Origin: Phyllobates terribilis
Lineage: Eukaryota
Assembly (NCBI RefSeq): GCF_046119375.1
Contig: NW_027362769.1
Span: 367,288,001-367,352,000, forward strand
Direction of reading: 5' to 3'
DNA length: 64,000 nucleotides
Below are positions 57,051-64,000 of the stretch, piece by piece. Positions within the stretch are counted from its first letter, which is position 1, and each line of letters begins with the position of its first letter. A program made the translations under genes and the position numbers. A model generated the notes under the pieces. That model searched no databases and was not told the origin of the DNA. It saw nothing but the letters and a program-made list of their open reading frames with translations.

Positions 57051-58709
57051 GACAAAGACGTCGCCGGGGGTTCTGTGGTCCCGTATAAAACCCCACCCGT
57101 GCTCCATTTGGAATTTTATTACAGTCCCGCTGGCACGGGGACCGTGGGCAGTACGGGGGTTTCTGCGGGCCCGGCGCTTTTGCTCGGCGCTCTGGACTTG
57201 GAGCCGCTCCTCGCGGACCCGCCTCTCTCGTCGCTCCTTCGCAAAAGCCTCCAATTGTTGCCAGCAGCACTCCGTACGCTGGGCTGCGGCTGCCCGGGTC
57301 TCCTCGGTGAATCCCATCAGGTCCTCACCGGTAGGGTCCCACTCAAATTGGGCGTCCTCCAACGGAAGCGGATCGAGTTTGGCGGGCGCAGGAGCCGGAA
57401 TTAGAGGCTCATCCAGAGGCCGTTCTCTCCGGAATCGAGGGTGAATATATTCAGGTGGCCACACGAAGAGCAGCCCGTCCTGGGTGGTGTTTTGTGCGGA
57501 GCGGTCTTCGCCCAGATGGGGTGCTGTGGAGGCAGAGGGCGCTGTGGTGTTTGCGGCGCCCAGGGGCTCCTGGCCTTGCGTCCAGGCCGAAGGTAGTCTG
57601 AATACAAAGGGCGCTTTAAAGATTGCGGCGCCCGGGTCTACCAGGCCTTGCGACCAGACCGGTGGCATGATGGAGGTAGAGGGCGCTGTGAAGACGGCGG
57701 CGCCCGGGGGTACTTGGCCTTGCGACCAGGCCGGGGGCGCTTCTTGCTTGGCCGCGCTCTGAGTCGAGGCGCATGACGTAGCAGGGGGCGTGGCCGCGGC
57801 TCCTGCCGCTTGAGGCCTAGCTCAGAGCGGTGACGATGCAGCAACGTGAGTGGTGAGTGGGGGCAAGCTTGCGACCATCGGGCACGGGGTGTTGTCGTCC
57901 CCATTACCTGCTCCCTTTTCTTCAACTCCCTCCGCGGCGTCGTCTCCGGCCGTCGTCCCTCCTGCACCTTCCTCAGAGGCGGACATGCTCCTTGTCGTGG
58001 GTGGTGTGCTTCGCTGGCGGGTTCCAGCCTGCTGGGCCATCTCCTTGCTCCACTCCGCCAGAGCTTCCTGCTGTACCCGGGCCATCTTCCGTGCGAGGCC
58101 CTCCAGCGCGGTCTGTGCACGCTCCCGATCTCCGGGGAGCTGCGCCAGGATCTCCAGCAGGCCTTCTGTAGTGGCGGCCTGCAACAGGCTCCTGACCACA
58201 GGGTCGGTGCTGCCTGACTCTCCCTCCATCTCCGGGTGTGTTCTCTCTAGACTCCTCCAAGCTGCTCCCATCTTCTCTCTTTTGTTCTGTATCCGCCCCC
58301 ATTGAGGGTGGTCCTGGGGCAACTTGGTGATTGTCAGTTCCAGGGGCAGACCCCCCACGCTGATGGACATCTCAATCATTGCAGTCTCTGCTGGTGGGGG
58401 CGGTCTCCGCTTTTGGCGCCATTCTTCGACCTGGCCCACGATGGGAGGTGGTCTCTTGCCACCCTCTGGCACGCCCATAATGGCGTCCGCTCTGCCAGGG
58501 CGGGAAATCTTCTTAGATGGCGGGAATCGCTTCCCAGTGGCGGGAAACACTGCAGATGGCGGGAAAAGACTGCAGATGACGGGCAAATGGCGGGAACCGA
58601 TCCGAGATGGCGTCCGATGGCGGGGACCCTCCGGAACCGGCGGGAGACTTCTTTTTGAGGTAAATGCGAACTTTTCTTCAGGCACGCAGTACCCGGTGGT
58701 TGCGGGCAC
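57051..58709 (-). pseudogene. First ORF of an LTR retroelement (~550 codons, one in-frame TGA at 57822-57824), ending in a truncated cold-shock-domain motif
   Basis: ORFs 57822..58709 and 57027..57668 are in the same frame and the intervening codons are open. C-terminus SGTVIKFQMEHGWGFIRDHRTPGDVFV. Confidence 0.75.
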
Positions 58710-58711
58710 GT

Positions 58712-58730
58712 AATCCTGCCGACTACGCCA
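58712..58730 (-). promoter_or_regulatory. Primer-binding site complementary to the tRNA-Ser(AGA/TGA-type) 3' end
   Basis: Plus strand AATCCTGCCGACTACGCCA equals the recalled vertebrate tRNA-Ser 3' end including CCA. Lies 5 nt from the LTR end. Confidence 0.88.
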
Positions 58731-58735
58731 AAAGT

Positions 58736-59954
58736 TGACGCACCCCCTGGGCCATGTTCAAGGGATACCCGGAGCCGGATCTGTATGGGGGTAGTAGTCC
58801 TTGTGGCGGTGACCCGGTCCGTGCCCAGGGTGTCAAACTAAGTGGCAGTCTATGGCAGCAGATGTTAATTTGATCGACTACGCCACCCGTTGAGTGCGGC
58901 TTTGAAGCCGCCGCTGCAAAGCAGTCCGATGAGGCCGGTGGTATATGTGCAGCAGTGATGGTATAACCCCCAACGGGAGAGGTATGGCCTCAGGGCAGCA
59001 GGTGTGGATGATGGGTGTAGTTATGTTGTAGAAAGGAGAGTCAGAGACTTGAGGTGCAGTTTCAGGGTTTTTACTCACTGATGTTGCTTTAGTCACTCTG
59101 GCCTTGAGTGACCACCCGAGCCGTGCTGCGTCCACCAGGTGCGGGACTCGGCTAACCCCCAGGCAGTTCCGGAGCGTGGTCCTGAGCTTCCCTCTCACTC
59201 TTTCTCCTGGCCGTCCCCACCAGGGATCCACCTTTGTCCGGCTCCCTCGGGCCTCTTAGTGGTTGAACCTTCTCTGGCTTCCCTGGCCCTACTCGTGGTG
59301 TGCCTTCCTGGTGGATATGGTGAGGGTCGTGGCAAAACTTGACCACGACCTCCGGTTCCTGGTTAAGGGTTACTTCTGCCTCTGCCAGCTTGGGATCCGG
59401 TGCCCTTTTCTGCCAACCCTTCACCCTTTCTGGTCTGATTCTGGGTTCTTGGGGTTCCCTCTGTCTTTCTCTCTGGGTCCTTCTTACTCCTCTCTCTCTC
59501 TCTCTGCAGGCCTTGCTCTGGAGCTGGGCCCAGCCGGAGCCACAGCTCCCTGTCAGCCCTCCTGGCTGAGCTCCTCTGCTCTGCTTCTCCTCAGGCTCTC
59601 TGACCAAAGACCCTATTCTAAGATGGTGCCCACCTTATATACTCCCTCCATGTGTGAGCCCAGGTGACCAGCACCCAATGGGCTCCTAGCTTTACCCAGA
59701 CTACTCCCCCTATCTGCCCCTACACTACTGGGATGTTCCACCCCCCCTCCCACTCCAGCCAGGGACAGACGCTGTCGTACCTGCACATATACTGGTGGGA
59801 GTACCGTTGTTCTGTCCCCCGGAAATGGGATGTATGTAGTGCATGCAGCCTACTAAGCTCAGTTCCACACTCCATCCTTACCCGGGAGTGGAATACCACA
59901 CCTCTGGGTCGAGGTGCAATACCCCTGTAGCAGCCGAGTCCTCGGGGTGCTACA
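58736..59954 (-). mobile_element. 5' LTR (LTR D) of a truncated LTR retrotransposon
   Basis: TGTAGCACCCC...GCGTCA. TATA plus CCATCTT. Close similarity to solo LTR A. Flank CACG corresponds to an empty site near 33548 in the paralogous copy. Confidence 0.88.
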
Positions 59955-61061
59955 CACGCATATCTGGATCTGGATTGGGGGATGAGGGGGGCCACGCATA
60001 TCAGGATTGGGGGATGAGGGGGGGCATCCATACCAGGATTGGGGGATGAGGAGGCCATGCATACTCAAGTCAATATGTTTTCCCAGTTTTTTGTGGTAAA
60101 ATTAGGGGCCTTGGCTTATACTCTGGTTGGCTTTATACAGTATTTTAAAATCAGTGAGTACGTGGTGCCCATAATATTGCAGGACTGTGGGGTGCATTAT
60201 ACTATATGGGGGCTGCATTTTACCCTATGGGGTGTGTAATATACTGTATGGAGGACTACGGGGAGTGCATTATATTCTATGGAGGACCATGGGAAGTACA
60301 TTATACTATATGGAGGATTATGGGGGGCGCATTATATTATATGGAGGATTATGGAGGGCATATTATACTATATGGAAGGCTAGGTGGGGCCATTATAATA
60401 TTTTGAGGCCTATGTAGGGGGCCATTATACTGTATGAAAGCAATTATATGGTGTGAAGGTTTGTGTGGGGTCCATCATACTGTTTGGAGGGCTGTGTAGG
60501 GGCTATTATACTGTATGTAAGCCCATTATGCTGTATGGAGGGCTGTGTGGGGGTCACAATTGGGGGATCATACTGTGATGGGGTCACCAAACTTTGCCTT
60601 GGGATTTGAGGTGGGGTACAATAGCTTCATTATACTGTGCATGTGGAGGCATTCCCCTTGTGGGTGTCATACTGTGTTTGGGGGACACTTTTATGGGGTG
60701 TCATACTTTATGGGGGCAATAAAAGAGGAATCTAGGACTTCAGCAGGAGGAAAATTACTAAGTAAAGGCTGGAAAGTTGTGAGATCTGCTCTTCTGTGAC
60801 TCAGATATATATATATAAAGGAGACCCCGGAATATCTGATCTGGGGAGCAAGTGGTTGAGTTAAAAGCCACTGAACACACGACAACTCGCTCAAAAATTA
60901 CTGAAAGGATCAGAGCTGTGAAGGAACTCATTCATAGGTTTCACTATCAGTCTAGAAGGGCTTAATCAGCTCTACTAGCGCCACCTGCCATTTACCCCGT
61001 GAATAGACGTAGACAGGAGAGGACACAGGAGCAGCCACAGCTCTGATGTAGATGGTGTGGT

Positions 61062-61558
<497 letters not shown>

Positions 61559-61630
61559 TTATTGGAGGCAGGAGAATGTATGGGCTCCTGTCAGGTATAT
61601 ATTATTGGAGGCAGGAGAATGTATAGGCTC

Positions 61631-64000
61631 TAGTGTTGAGCGAACATGCTCGACACTGCTCGGTACTCGCCCGAGCATCACGCTACTCGGGATGTTCGGC
61701 GAGCACCGAGCATTTCCGGGTTACTCGGGCGGGGGCTCGGGTCTCCGCCCTGCATGTTTGGCGCTCTTTACAGAGCCAATGAACATGCAGGGATTGCCAG
61801 CCAGTCACTGTAATGCTGCAGCCATGTTGTTTGTGGGCATTACAGTGATTGGCTGGCCGCACAGCGTCACCTCGAGTATTTAAAACCGGGCGCTGCCATC
61901 TTGGACACAGTCGCTCCGGATCAGACAGTGTAGGGACAGCGCTGCTGATTTAGGGAGAGATATATCCTGCAAAATAGTTAGTGTAGGGTCTGTAAAGGCT
62001 GCCAGATCAAACAAACAGTCCTTCTCAGGACTAATATCCATCCCAGGTATATCAGGCAGGCAGGCTGTATAGGAGACGCAGTGGTTATACCAGCAAACGC
62101 TGCATTACAGTCCTGTGTGCTGCTCCTGTTGCTGAAATTGCTGGACTTAGCTCCAGGTCCCGGGGGCCAGGAAAAATCCTTTTTTTTTTTTATCTAAATC
62201 CTCTTTTTTTTTCCTCCTTCACAATGTACAAATACCCATCTTATTAACCTATTAACCTTTTGGTGCCCCCCCCCCCCCCAAAAAAAAAAGTGTGCCTCTG
62301 ATTTTTCAGACACAAATATATCTGTTCAAAATAGTCTGGTGTAGGCCAGAGAAATAGAAGTGTGGTTTGCAGTTCTATGGGCCATTTGTATCTAAAAAAA
62401 ACAGTTTGAGTGTGTCGCTCACTGTTCAGCCGCAAATATATATATTTAAAAAAGTCTGGTATACACCAGTAAATTATTACTGCGGTTTTGATGTTCCACG
62501 GTAAAACATCTCTATTATCCTGCTTTTAGCATTTTTTGCTGTAAAAAAAAAAATAATAGTGTCTCCCTGATTTTTCAGACACAAATATATCTGTTGAAAA
62601 TAGTCTGGTGTAGGCCAGAGAGACAGAAGTGTGCTTTTGCTGTTCCATGGTAAAAAATCTCTATTATCCTGCTTTTTGCATTTTTTGCTGTAAAAAAAAA
62701 AAATAATAGTGTCTCCCTGATTTTTCAGACACAAATATATCTGTTGAAAATAGTCTGGTGTAGGCCCGAGAAATACAAGTGTGGTTTTGCAGTTCCACGG
62801 TACAAACCTCTGTATTATCCACTTTTGGGCCATTTGTATCTAAAAAAAACAGTTTGAGTGTGTCGCTCACTGTTCAGCCGCAAATATATATATATTCAAA
62901 AAAGTCTGGTATACACCAGTAAATTATAACTGTGGTTTTGCTGTTCCACGGTAAAACATCTCTATTATCCTGCTTTTGGCATTTTTTGCCGTAAAAAATA
63001 GTGTCTCCTGATTGTTCAGACACAAATATATCTGTTGAAAATAGTCTGGTGTAGGCCCGAGAAATACAAGTGTGGCTTTGCAGTTTCACGGTTCAAACCT
63101 CTGTATTATCCACTTTTGGGCCATTTGTATCTAAAAAAAACAGTTTGAGTGTGTCGCTCACTGTTCAGCCACAAATATCTCTATTTAAAAAAGTGTGGTA
63201 TACCCCAATAAACAATAACTGTGGTTTTGCCATCCCACGGTAAAAAATCTCTATTATTCAGGTTTTGTTAGTTTTTTCCGTAAAGAAAAACAGTAGTGTC
63301 TCCTGACTGTTGTGACACAAAAATATATCTGTTGAAAATAGTCTTGTGTAGGCCCGACATCCCAGTGTGGTTTCGCAGTTCCACGGGTCAAATCGCTGTA
63401 CTATCCAGTTTTGGGCGTTTGGTATCTAAAAAAAAAGCAGTTTGAGTGTGTCGCTCACTGTTCAGCCGCAAATATCTCTATTTAAAAAAGTGTGGTATAC
63501 CCCAGTAAACAATAACTGTGGTTTTCCTCTTCCACGGTTCTAATCTACTCTTTATTACCCTTTTTCCATTGATAGTGCAAGTGTAAGCTATTTTACTTCC
63601 TTTACAATGGGCAAGGCGCGTGGCAAGGGACGTGGAAGTGGACGTTCTGGTGATGGTTCGTGCAGAGGACGGGGCCGTGGCCAAGGTGAAAATGTGCCAC
63701 AACCAACAGCCACATCTTCTCGCTCCCACTTCTTGACCAAATTACTAGGGAAGCACAGAACAACACCAGTATTGAGAACTGATCAGTGTGAACAGGTTAT
63801 TAATTGGATAGCAGACAATACTTCCAGTTACCTGGGCACCACCACCTCCGGTCTGTCTTCCACATGGTCAACTCTTAGTAGCCGTGAGTCTCGACCGCAT
63901 ACTCCTCCTCACCCTGATGCTCCTTCCTCCCACCATGCCGAGTGTCGTCAGACAGCAAGTGATCCCTCACTTGGACACTCTGAAGAGCTGTTCACTGGTC
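61631..64000 (+). mobile_element. hAT element: left end, subterminal repeats (62290-63530), and transposase N-terminus from ATG 63607; runs off the window
   Basis: TAGTGTTGAGCG terminus. MGKARGKGRGSGR...QCEQVINWIADN resembles MDKVHGKGRESGR...QCEKVVGWIADN at 37307. Confidence 0.8.

Noticed and set aside
58712-58730. tRNA-Ser gene
   Set aside because: Only the 3' 19 nt including CCA is present, adjacent to an LTR, so it is a PBS and not a gene.

Overview
Vertebrate genomic DNA, most likely an anuran amphibian (inferred from the Xenopus-like H2A C-terminus [10 protein letters not shown] and frog-type MITE termini). The left ~24 kb is almost entirely repeats: two inverted piggyBac-type non-autonomous elements, Harbinger and Kolobok/T2-type MITEs, and a 35-bp CA-rich satellite interrupted by a CR1 LINE fragment and a solo LTR. 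From ~26 kb onward is a replication-dependent histone cluster undergoing birth-and-death evolution. It has intact H2A x2, H4 x2, H3.2 x2 and H1 x1, one H2B whose body lies in a 285-N gap, and several relics (two H2B 3' halves, two H3 3' ends, orphan stem-loops, orphan H4 and H1 promoter pieces). A ~26-kb-offset segmental duplication, hAT transposase pseudogenes and four related TG..CA LTR insertions are interspersed. Most notable observations: (1) an LTR retroelement with a tRNA-Ser PBS whose first ORF ends in a cold-shock-domain motif; (2) a second PBS-like tRNA-Ser 3'-end complement ~150 nt inside all four LTRs, which switches isoacceptor in one subfamily; (3) tandem arrays of the U7-binding histone downstream element directly behind the H1 and H2B stem-loops; (4) a fold-back array of alternating inverted repeats inside a MITE. 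Family assignments and tRNA/U7 matches come from motif recognition and recall, not database searches.
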